Shown here one piece after another: positions 16,732 to 25,099 of a stretch of 32,000 nt of DNA. Where the stretch lies: assembly GCF_000023965.1 (NCBI RefSeq), contig NC_013202.1:1110001-1142000 (forward strand). The letters run 5' to 3'. The DNA is from Halomicrobium mukohataei DSM 12286 (GTDB taxonomy: Archaea > Halobacteriota > Halobacteria > Halobacteriales > Haloarculaceae). The translations under genes and the position numbers were made by a program. Under the pieces are notes generated by a model. It was given only the letters and a program-made list of their open reading frames with translations, searched no databases and was not told the DNA's origin. The number at the start of each line of letters is the position of its first letter. Position 1 is the first letter of the stretch.

Positions 16732-16828
16732 CCTATACCGCGTTGCAGATGCATGTACAAATACTTTTCCAGTATTGAGAAATGAGTGTATATTAGTTAC
16801 CAGCGTTAGCACGACGGATGGCGGTGGA

Positions 16829-17287
16829 CTACAGTAGATTCGAGCCGAGCGCGGCGAGCGAGAGGCTCCCCGCGAACACCGCGACCGAAAAGACCCCCTC
16901 GGGCGCGGACACGAACTGCTCGCCGACGAGCCCGACGAGCAGGACGGCCCCTGCGAGGGTCGAACGGCGGGGACTGTCGGCCAGCGAACCGACGAACGTT
17001 CGGAGCTGCCAGCCGAGCGTGTCGAGACCGTCCCGGAGTCGCTGACCGACCGGGCGGTTGTCGTCGGGGTCGTCGGCCGGTTCGAACGCAGTGAGATCGT
17101 CGCGGTCGACGGTGAACACCTCACCGGTGTGCTCGCGGCGCGCGTCCGCGTCGGCGACCCGGAGTAGCGTCACCGTCTCGCTGCCCGTTCCGACCACGCG
17201 GTAGACGCCGGGCGCGGCGTCGGGCTCGATCGCCGCTGGCTCCGACAGCGAGACGTGATCCGAGACCGCGACTCCGTCGGGCGTCAC
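16829..17287 (-). CDS. hypothetical protein, C-terminally membrane-anchored
   Basis: GTG 17287-17285 overlaps the TGA stop of the upstream gene (GTGA). The 152-aa product has an acidic N-terminal part and two C-terminal hydrophobic segments (LAGAVLLVGLVG, VFSVAVFAGSLSLAALG). The first 206 codons of track ORF 16829..17905 are an Arg-rich shadow of 17284..17901. Confidence 0.6.
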   Translation of the reverse strand: MTPDGVAVSDHVSLSEPAAIEPDAAPGVYRVVGTGSETVTLLRVADADARREHTGEVFTVDRDDLTAFEPADDPDDNRPVGQRLRDGLDTLGWQLRTFVGSLADSPRRSTLAGAVLLVGLVGEQFVSAPEGVFSVAVFAGSLSLAALGSNLL

Positions 17288-17901
17288 TCCCACGGGTGGT
17301 TCCCCGGCCGGTCGGGCCACAGCGGGTACCAGTACTCCTTGTCCGGTTCGACGGTCAGCTCGCCGTCGAGGTTCGAGTCCAGCTTGAACTCGGCGGAGGC
17401 CTCCCGCTCGTGGCTCTCGTCGGCTTTCGGTGCGAACGGGTAGTACGCGCCCCGCCGGAAGGAGTACACCCAGTAGACGAGCTGCCCGTCGCGTTCGCGC
17501 TCGAAGGCGAAGACCGCAGCCAGGAGTCGGGACCCGTACCGTGCCTCGATCAGCGTGTCGGCGGCGAAGTGGATCGACGTGACCAGATCCTCGAAGCCGT
17601 CGTCGTGCAGGACGATCCAGTCGTAGCCGTGTTCGTCGGTCGTGAAGTCGGCGGTCGTTCCCGTATCCACTTCGCCGGCTTCGAGGATCGCCTCGACCTC
17701 CGCCATCGCGTCCTGAAAGTCGGTGTTGTCGACGTCGGCGAAACACAGCGCGGCATCGCCGGTCGGGGCGTAGCCTAGGTCGGCCTCCATTGTGACGTAG
17801 GCCGTCGACATCCCGAAGAGGTCTTCCGGGTCGGCGTCCCGAGTCGCGTCGGCTTCGGCCTTCGTCCCGAGGATGCTCTTGAGTCCGTCCAGCAGTCCCA
17901 T
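17284..17901 (-). CDS. conserved acidic cytoplasmic protein, unknown function
   Basis: 205 aa: MGLLDGLKSILGTKAEADATRDADPEDLFGMSTAYVTMEADLGY... with a Trp/Tyr-rich C-terminus (YWVYSFRRGAYYPF, YWYPLWPDRPGNHPWE). Composition is clean and coding-like. It vaguely resembles PspA-associated (PspAB-type) proteins, but I cannot verify that. Confidence 0.75.
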   Translation of the reverse strand: MGLLDGLKSILGTKAEADATRDADPEDLFGMSTAYVTMEADLGYAPTGDAALCFADVDNTDFQDAMAEVEAILEAGEVDTGTTADFTTDEHGYDWIVLHDDGFEDLVTSIHFAADTLIEARYGSRLLAAVFAFERERDGQLVYWVYSFRRGAYYPFAPKADESHEREASAEFKLDSNLDGELTVEPDKEYWYPLWPDRPGNHPWE

Positions 17902-19938
17902 ACACGTCCCGTGGAGGCGTATGCCCTTATGTGTTGTAGAACGGAACTATCTGGCCATGTCGGACAGAATTATACGATCTAAGAAGTAAATGTGCAACTT
18001 TCACTAACGTATATCTGGTTAGGGATTTTATATACCTCATTTCTCACACCAAATGAGAAGATATGAATATAAAAACGTCCAATAACTGCACTTCAGAGAG
18101 ATATACGGACAGAAATGACGGCCGATAGCTTGATATCCTCATACGCTGCTTCGCGAGACGGATACGGGGATCGACGGCCTCGGTTCGGTGACGTGTAGTC
18201 ACGACGCGCCGTTTCGACGCCGTGTCGATAGTACCAGTGTTACGCCTCTCTGGTGTTCACTATTAGGAAATAACAACACGATCTTTCGCACTGTACACGG
18301 CTGGGTCGGACCACTCCAGCCGACGTGTGTTTCCCACTGTCTGGGTTGTCCCCTACTGGAGGAACCCACGGCCTCTGGTTATTAGGGTCCTCGACATATC
18401 CGGTGTAACGGATTTTTTCACTGTTGGGTGAGTGGACCGTACGGTGTTCCGGGTAGCTGACTCACTTCTCAGGGCTGTCGGCACTGGTTCTTGAGGAGAA
18501 TCGTCTTCAGAGTCCGACTGGTGATACGGCAGTCTCTGGTAACAATAACGATTGTACCACTATTACGTTTTTGCCCGACGTTTCTTGATAGTATATGTAT
18601 GCCGGTTGTTCAGGACACATCCGATGTTTGTTTCTCATGACGAAAGTCAACGGGGAACACGGGTCATGTGAACTCTCAACAACGTACAGGGAAGCCGTTG
18701 AGTGGGTCACTGCGGTCGAACTCGGAGATGAACCCCATGATCGAAAATGCCGACGGACAGTCGTGTCGAGACCATCGCCGCTATATAGAAACGCTCAGGA
18801 AGCTTAGGGGAAACACTCTCAGAGAGATACTCAACCGAAACATGGTTCGGGAGCCCGCGTCTCTCGCGTATCGTCGAATCTTCCCTCGCTGTCCGCACTG
18901 TCAGTCTCACCGCTCTGAACTACCGATCACGTTCGGGGATAGACGACCGACGGCATCGCTAGTCCAGTTCCAGCCGGTCGAGATGTGTTTCGGTCCGGTC
19001 GTCGGGCGTACGCGGTCCCGTACTGTTAGCCGTAGCTTCCCGAAGATATTCTCTGCTCTGGAGTGGCGAAGTCGTTTACAGATGTACATCTGACAGTATC
19101 AGCATCGGACGCCCCACGCGCTTGACTCTGGCCGTCCTCCAAACACTCAAGATGTGAGACAGTGTAGAAACGTGATAATACGGCCTCACAGACACTGTTC
19201 GGGAAGTACGACAACAGGCTTTCGACGACTGTGGGACGAATACGCAAACCTTCTCGTCGGAGACTATATCGCGGATTTAAGCGGCTAACAGCTGAACTAT
19301 CTCTCGCCGTGACTACCAGCGCACTCCCAGTGCTCTCTCCGTGCTCCTGGTTACTCTCCCGTACTGATGCGGAATGCACGTCGAGAGACGCTCTGACCCT
19401 GCTCTAGGCAGACGACGCTCGAACGATGGCCTGTCGGTCGAACCCCCAACGAACTGCTGTCGATAGTTGTCCCGGCCACCATCGATAGTGATGGTCTTGG
19501 CTGCCTGCCACAATAGACTCGCTCACACGGGTACGCCGACGCTCCGGTCTCAGATGCTACCGGCGTTCGCCATCGACGTACTCCATCGTGTACCGGGTCG
19601 GAACCTTCGGAGAGAAGCACTTTCGTCGGTGCCTCGTCGGCGCTGGGCTGTCTCTGGCTGTGGTGCCTGCTCACCGATTGCTCGCTTCGGGCCACAACGA
19701 TATTGTGTAATGCTCGAACGACTATGCCGGTCACAATTCGGCAGACGTTGCCATCTGCAGGCCACTTGCGGTTCGGTGTGTGGCCCAATACCATCTGTTC
19801 GACATTCGCGCTGAGGCTCGGGTTTTCCGACATAGGCCGAAAAAACGTTAGCTAGCTTCTTCAAATCCTTATCTGAACCCCCTGTGTAGAATTATCCAAA
19901 ACCTTTATTATCAGACAACGACGCGGGATAACGTGGAT
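17902..19938. other. GC-depleted, ORF-poor island (no supportable gene call)
   Basis: Hand GC counts of individual 60-nt lines give 40% (17941), 35% (18001), 35% (18061), 33% (18541), 45% (19141) and 62% (18301). The flanks are roughly two-thirds GC. The longest ORFs are 141 aa (+) and 160 aa (-), and both are basic and Cys/Arg/Ser-rich. Confidence 0.8.
19904..19910 (+). promoter_or_regulatory. putative TATA box of the ABC-transporter operon
   Basis: TTTATTA lies 29-35 nt upstream of ATG 19939, which implies a leaderless or very short-leader transcript. Confidence 0.4.
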
Positions 19939-21804
19939 ATGGCAGACAAGTCCAACGACTACAAAGACGTTCTTAGCCGCCGCCGGTTCGTCGCGCTGAC
20001 AGGCGCGGCAGGTGCTGCTGCACTTGCCGGCTGTGACGGCTCGGAAGGTACGGATGACAGTACGCCGGCCGACGAGGGTGGGGACGACGACACGTCGACC
20101 GAAGACGACGACATGTCGACCGAAGACGACTCGATGGAAGTCGCCGACGTGCGACACCGCAGCGGGACGAGCCTCTCGCCCGCGGACATCCAGTTCAACC
20201 CGTGGGGCCAGAACACCGCACAGATCTCGAACGAGCTCATCTTCGATCCGTTCGCGGAGTTCAACTACGCTACTGGCGAGTACGTTCCCGCGATCATCGA
20301 GGAGTGGGAGTACACGGGCGATACCTTCGAGATGGTCATTCAGGAGGGTGCGACCTGGCACGACGGCGAGCCCGTCACGGCCCAGGACCTGGCGACCTAT
20401 CTCCGACTCGACCGCGAGTCGGGCAGTTCGATCTGGGACTGGGGCAGCGACGTCGAGGAGATCGACGACCGGACCGTCGCCATCACTATCGAGGGCGACA
20501 TCAACCCGTCGCTGATCGAGTTCTCCGTGATGGAGAATCGGCTCACCACCAAGCACTCCCGCTACGGCGACGTTCTCTCGGAGACGCAGAACGCGGACGA
20601 CAACACGCCGCTGACGGAGTTCGTCGACGACGAGCCGATCGGCAACGGGATCTTCCAGTACGGCGAGGCCGACGAGCAGGTAATTCTCACCGAGCGCCAC
20701 GCCGATCACCCCAACGCCGACAACGTCAACTTCAAAGAGTACGCCTTCCAGTACTTCGACGGCAACACGGCGATCCACCAGGCGCTGCTCTCGGGGAACA
20801 TCGAGAGCATGTTCGCCATCTACACGCCGGGCAACGTGGTCACCGACCTGCCTGACTCGATGAACGAGTACCGCACGCCACGGAACGGCGGCGTCGGGAT
20901 TATCCCCAATCACAATCACGACCACCTCGGTCGACGCGAGGTCCGTCAGGCGATCGCCTACGCCATGAACCGAACGCAGGTCGCGGCGAACTCCGACCCG
21001 CGTACCAAGGTTGCCCCGCGCATCCCCACGGCACTGCCCAACGCCCAGCTCGAGAACTGGCTCGGCGACTCCATGGAGGACTTCGAGACGTACGGTCGTG
21101 AGTCCAGTGAGGTAGAGAAGGCAGCGAGTGTGCTCAAGGAGGCCGGCTACAGCCGCAACGGCGACGACGTGTGGGAGGACGAGGACGGCAACACCCTCTC
21201 CTTCGAACTCATCGCGCCCGGTGGCTGGTCCGACTGGGTCACTGCGATGGAGTCCGTGGCCGATCAGCTCAACGCCGCCGGCATGGACGTGGAGTTCTCG
21301 ACGGTGCCGTTCGGTGACCTCGGCGGATCCGACGGCCGCTGGGCACAGGGGAACTTCGACGCGACCGCCGAGTACTGGACTGCGGCGTTCGCGCGTGCCG
21401 CTCACCCGTACCACAACCTGCGCCACCAGATGGTCAACCCCAAGGCGACGCTGCGCGAAAACGGCTACGCCTATCCGGGTGCTGTCGAGGACCGCGGCGG
21501 TTCCGAAGCCGACATCACCGTTCCGGCACTCGACGGCTCGGGCGAGCTGACGGTCAACCCGGTCGAGGACGTCGGTACGCTCGGTTCGACCAGTGACAGC
21601 GACACTGAGGCCGAGCTCGCGCTCGAACTCCTCTGGGTCTCCAACCAGGATCTCCCGATGATCCCGATCCAGGAGGGGCTGAACCAGACGTTCATCTCCT
21701 CGAAGCGATTCGATATTCCGGCCGAAGACGCCGAAGTCGCCCAAGTGCAGTACGCGAACACCTGGCTCCCGCGCCAGGGCGAGATGACCTACAACGGCAA
21801 CTAA
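19939..21804 (+). CDS. ABC transporter substrate-binding lipoprotein (family 5, peptide/nickel Dpp/Opp type)
   Basis: Tat motif SRRRFVAL, lipobox LAGC, an acidic Thr/Asp/Glu linker, then an SBP family-5-like body (~560 aa). It heads a permease-permease-ATPase-ATPase operon. The antisense 706-aa ORF 19861..21981 is an artefact. Confidence 0.9.
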   Translation: MADKSNDYKDVLSRRRFVALTGAAGAAALAGCDGSEGTDDSTPADEGGDDDTSTEDDDMSTEDDSMEVADVRHRSGTSLSPADIQFNPWGQNTAQISNELIFDPFAEFNYATGEYVPAIIEEWEYTGDTFEMVIQEGATWHDGEPVTAQDLATYLRLDRESGSSIWDWGSDVEEIDDRTVAITIEGDINPSLIEFSVMENRLTTKHSRYGDVLSETQNADDNTPLTEFVDDEPIGNGIFQYGEADEQVILTERHADHPNADNVNFKEYAFQYFDGNTAIHQALLSGNIESMFAIYTPGNVVTDLPDSMNEYRTPRNGGVGIIPNHNHDHLGRREVRQAIAYAMNRTQVAANSDPRTKVAPRIPTALPNAQLENWLGDSMEDFETYGRESSEVEKAASVLKEAGYSRNGDDVWEDEDGNTLSFELIAPGGWSDWVTAMESVADQLNAAGMDVEFSTVPFGDLGGSDGRWAQGNFDATAEYWTAAFARAAHPYHNLRHQMVNPKATLRENGYAYPGAVEDRGGSEADITVPALDGSGELTVNPVEDVGTLGSTSDSDTEAELALELLWVSNQDLPMIPIQEGLNQTFISSKRFDIPAEDAEVAQVQYANTWLPRQGEMTYNGN

Positions 21805-22008
21805 CGGACAGCTACCTGGCCCGGATCCCTGGGTGGGAGGTCGGGGCCACGCCGCTGTCGTCGCGAGCGTCGGTCCACCGCATCGACGGAGTGACAGCGA
21901 GCCTGCGACCGACGCAGTTGACGAACTGACGTTTTCCTCGGGGACACCCGGTTCGGCGAACCGCCAGGAACCGTAATCCATATTTGTGTGAAGCGTAAGG
22001 ACTCCATC

Positions 22009-23016
22009 ATGCGCTACTACGCAGAACGGGTAGCTCGCTCCGTGTTAACGGTGTGGGCCGCCGTAACACTGACCTTCGGAATCCTTCGACTGATGCCAGG
22101 GGGACCACTGGTACAGCTCCGGGGGCAGCTATCTCGACGGAACATGTCACCGGAAGAGATAGAAAACCAGATGGCAGTGTACAAGGAACGACTCAACTAC
22201 GCGGACGCTCCGATCCACGAGCAGTACATCACCTACGTTTCGAGCCTGCTCCAGGGAGACTTCGGGGAGTCGCTCAAGGAGGGCGAGCCGGTCCTCCAGC
22301 TCATCGGCGAGGCGCTCCCGTGGACGGTGTTCGTCATGACGGTGGCGACGATCCTGATCTTCGCGATCGCGATCGTCTGGGGGGCGCTGACAGCGTACAG
22401 GGAGGGATCGACGTTCGACAAGGTCTCCTCGGTGGCCGGTGTGCTCCTGGGATCGATCCCGTTCTACGTGTTCGCGTTCATCCTGTTGCTGTTCCTGGCC
22501 TACGAGAACAAGTTCTTCCCGGCCAGCGGGCGGATGACGCCGTTGACCGATGTGGAACTGACGGTCGATTTCATCGTCGACGTACTACACCACGCGGCGC
22601 TGCCGATCGCGTCGGTCGTCGTCGTCCAGGCCGGGCTCCAGATGCTGTCGATGCGTGGGAACAGCATCCAGGTGCTGGGGGAGGACTACGTCCGTGTGGC
22701 CAGACTTCGTGGGCTCTCTGACCGCCGGATCTCGACGCGGTACGTGGCGAGAAACGCGATCTTGCCGATGTACACCGGCTTCCTGACGCTGATCGGCTTC
22801 AACATCGGAAACTCCGTAATTCTCGAACAGGTGTTCACCTATCGAGGGATCGGGTACGTCATGTTCGACGCGCTCGAAGTCCAGGACTACTCGATACTGA
22901 TGGGCGTGTTCCTGGTGTTTACCATCATTCTCGTCGTCGCAGTGCTGATCGCAGACCTGACCTACTCATGGGTCGATCCGCGGGTCAAATCGGGTGATGC
23001 AAGTGAAGCATACTGA
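22009..23016 (+). CDS. ABC transporter permease (DppB/OppB-like)
   Basis: From ATG 22009 (MRYYAERVARSVL): 6-TM BPD-type permease with the conserved N-terminal LMPGGP segment and an EAA-like loop (DYVRVARLRGLSDRRI). Confidence 0.9.
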   Translation: MRYYAERVARSVLTVWAAVTLTFGILRLMPGGPLVQLRGQLSRRNMSPEEIENQMAVYKERLNYADAPIHEQYITYVSSLLQGDFGESLKEGEPVLQLIGEALPWTVFVMTVATILIFAIAIVWGALTAYREGSTFDKVSSVAGVLLGSIPFYVFAFILLLFLAYENKFFPASGRMTPLTDVELTVDFIVDVLHHAALPIASVVVVQAGLQMLSMRGNSIQVLGEDYVRVARLRGLSDRRISTRYVARNAILPMYTGFLTLIGFNIGNSVILEQVFTYRGIGYVMFDALEVQDYSILMGVFLVFTIILVVAVLIADLTYSWVDPRVKSGDASEAY

Positions 23017-24025
23017 CTCAGACACGGACGGTGAAGAGTTCGTCTTCGAAACACAGACCTCGACTGTCGAAACGTCTCGCAGCGAACGACTGCGAGACTT
23101 CTACGAGGAGTTCATCTACAAGCCGGGTCTCGTCGCCCTCGACGACTCGCGGACCCTCATCGGCGGCGTGATCCTCTTCGTGTTCATCCTCATCGCACTG
23201 ATCGGAACGCGGGTGTATCCCGCACCGGTCACCAACCAGGTCGAGCGGAGCCTCAAGCCGTTCGAGACGATGAACGCACCGCTGGGATCGAACCCGTCGG
23301 GCACCGACCTCCTCGCGCAGGTCATCCACGCGACGCCGTCGATGCTGATCCTGGTGACCGCGGGTGCGGTCTTCTCGACGTTCATCGCGGTCTTTACCGG
23401 GACCGTCTCGGGATACAAGGGCGGTACGACCGACCGCGTCATCACGACGATCTCGGACATCGCGATGTCGATCCCGGGGCTCCCGCTGGTGATGGTGCTG
23501 GCCGTGACCATCAAGCCCGAGAATCCGGCCGTCGTGGGGATCCTCCTCACGATCAACTACTGGTCGGGGCTCGGCCGAGCGATCCGGTCGCAGGTGCTGA
23601 CGCTGCGCGAGGAGTCGTACGTCGAGGCCTCGCGGACGATGGGTGTGAGCACTCGACGGATCCTGACGAAAGACATTATCCCGAACCTGATGCCGTACAT
23701 CCTGGTCAACTTCGCGTTCGCCGCGCGATACTGCATCTTCGCTGGCGTCGGGCTGTACTACCTCGGCGTGTTGCCGGCGGACCTGGCAAACTGGGGACTC
23801 CAACTCGACAGTGCGTACAACGACTACAGCGCACTCGTCGGGAGCGGCTCGGAGTATCTGGTGATCGTTCCGATGATCCCCATCGCTCTGCTGTCGCTCT
23901 CGCTGGTGTTGCTCGCCCAGGGCCTCGACCGGATCTTCAATCCGCGCGTTCGCACTCGGCTGGCCGGGGAGTCGGAGTCGATCGAAGAAGAGGACGACGA
24001 CGTCGTCCACACGGGGGGCGTCTAA
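22994..24025 (+). CDS. ABC transporter permease (DppC/OppC-like)
   Basis: 343 aa overlapping the preceding permease gene by 23 nt. It has TM helices plus the EAA-like motif SYVEASRTMGVSTRRIL. Confidence 0.9.
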   Translation: MMQVKHTDSDTDGEEFVFETQTSTVETSRSERLRDFYEEFIYKPGLVALDDSRTLIGGVILFVFILIALIGTRVYPAPVTNQVERSLKPFETMNAPLGSNPSGTDLLAQVIHATPSMLILVTAGAVFSTFIAVFTGTVSGYKGGTTDRVITTISDIAMSIPGLPLVMVLAVTIKPENPAVVGILLTINYWSGLGRAIRSQVLTLREESYVEASRTMGVSTRRILTKDIIPNLMPYILVNFAFAARYCIFAGVGLYYLGVLPADLANWGLQLDSAYNDYSALVGSGSEYLVIVPMIPIALLSLSLVLLAQGLDRIFNPRVRTRLAGESESIEEEDDDVVHTGGV

Positions 24026-25099
24026 ATGGCCAGTACGACCGTCGAAACTCGCGAGCCAGACGCGGAGGATCCCGTCGTAGAGATCCGGAACGCCTCGGTG
24101 ACCTACGACGACGGCAACTCCTACGTCCTCGATCACGTCTCGATGGACGTTCACCGTCACGAAGTGATCGGCGTCATCGGCGAGAGCGGTTCGGGCAAGT
24201 CGATGCTCGCCGAGTCGATGCTGGACTCGATTCCAGATCCCGGCATATTGCGCGGACAGGTCACGTACAACCCGACTGAGGGCGAGCCCATCGACGTGCT
24301 CGACCTGACCACCGAAGAGCTGCGACAGCTCCGCTGGGAAGAGATCTCGATGGTGTTCCAGGGCGCGATGTCGTCGTTCAACCCGACGATGCGCGTCGGA
24401 AAGCACTTCGAGGAGACGCTGTCCGCCCACGACGCGGACGTCGACGAGGGGCTGGCGTTCGCCCGCGAACTGCTCCAGGACCTCTATCTCGAACCCGACC
24501 GCGTGTTGAACTCCTATCCTCACGAGCTGTCCGGCGGGATGCAACAGCGGGCCCTGATCGCCCTGTCGCTGGTGCTGGAGCCCGAGCTTCTCGTGATGGA
24601 CGAGCCGACGGCGGCGCTTGACCTGCTGATGCAGCGCTCGATCCTGCGACTGCTCCGGGAGCTCAAAGAGAAGTACGACCTGACGATGGTCTTTATCACG
24701 CACGACCTCCCGCTCATCGCGGCACTCGCAGACAGACTCGCGATCATGTACGCCTTCCACCCCGTCGAGATCGGACGGACCGAAGAGATCGTTCGGAACG
24801 CGGCCCACCCGTACACGCGGGCGCTGCTGAACTCGACGCCGAACCTCGACGCACCCATCGAGGAGATGGTCCCGATTCCCGGTTCGCAGCCGGCACCGAT
24901 CAACGTGCCAGACGGCTGTGCGTACCATCCGCGGTGTCCGCTGGCCGACGAGCAGTGTCGCTCTTCGGAACCGGACTACGCGTCGATCGGCGACCGTCAC
25001 GCGTCCGCGTGCTACCACTGGGAGGACGCACGGGACGAAATATCGCTCAACTACTCGGAGAACCTTGGCGACGCCGCCCGCTCCGGAGGTGACGAGTGA
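24026..25099 (+). CDS. ABC transporter ATP-binding protein (DppD/OppD-like)
   Basis: Walker A GESGSGKS, signature LSGGMQQR, Walker B LLVMDEPT, and a C-terminal oligopeptide-type extension with a Cys cluster (CAYHPRCP..C). Confidence 0.93.
   Translation: MASTTVETREPDAEDPVVEIRNASVTYDDGNSYVLDHVSMDVHRHEVIGVIGESGSGKSMLAESMLDSIPDPGILRGQVTYNPTEGEPIDVLDLTTEELRQLRWEEISMVFQGAMSSFNPTMRVGKHFEETLSAHDADVDEGLAFARELLQDLYLEPDRVLNSYPHELSGGMQQRALIALSLVLEPELLVMDEPTAALDLLMQRSILRLLRELKEKYDLTMVFITHDLPLIAALADRLAIMYAFHPVEIGRTEEIVRNAAHPYTRALLNSTPNLDAPIEEMVPIPGSQPAPINVPDGCAYHPRCPLADEQCRSSEPDYASIGDRHASACYHWEDARDEISLNYSENLGDAARSGGDE

Noticed and set aside
18434-18450. GGACCGTACGGTGTTCC resembling the 3' half of group II intron domain V (CGUACGGUUC).
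   Set aside because: The matching 5' half (GAGCCGUAU) is absent, and the segment is just a self-palindrome (CCGTACGG). There is no GUGYG 5' end and no reverse-transcriptase ORF.
17902-19938. Replication origin (oriC) in the AT-rich island.
   Set aside because: I found no ORB-like elements (…TTCCAnTGGAAAC… followed by a G-string) in either orientation. The nearest look-alike is CTACTGGAGGAAC at about 18352. There is also no orc1/cdc6 gene in the window.
17902-19938. IS element, MITE or integrated provirus in the island.
   Set aside because: There is no transposase or integrase-like ORF and no terminal inverted repeats. The only words shared between the two edges are about 8 nt (AGAATTAT at 17965 and 19888), which is not significant. 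There is no adjacent tRNA gene as an att site.
185-25018. Very long ORFs in the track: 185..2281(+), 2487..3641(-), 2633..3580(-), 5177..7012(-), 7984..9069(-), 9205..10008(-), 10722..11576(-), 13866..14822(-), 19861..21981(-), 23018..25018(-), 25546..26385(-), 29473..30597(-) and many shorter ones.
   Set aside because: All are antisense or off-frame to genes with clear family signatures. Their products are dominated by Arg/Pro/Ser/Gly/Ala (or R/D/E/H/V low-complexity strings), as expected when stop codons are rare in ~67% GC DNA. None shows a recognisable motif.
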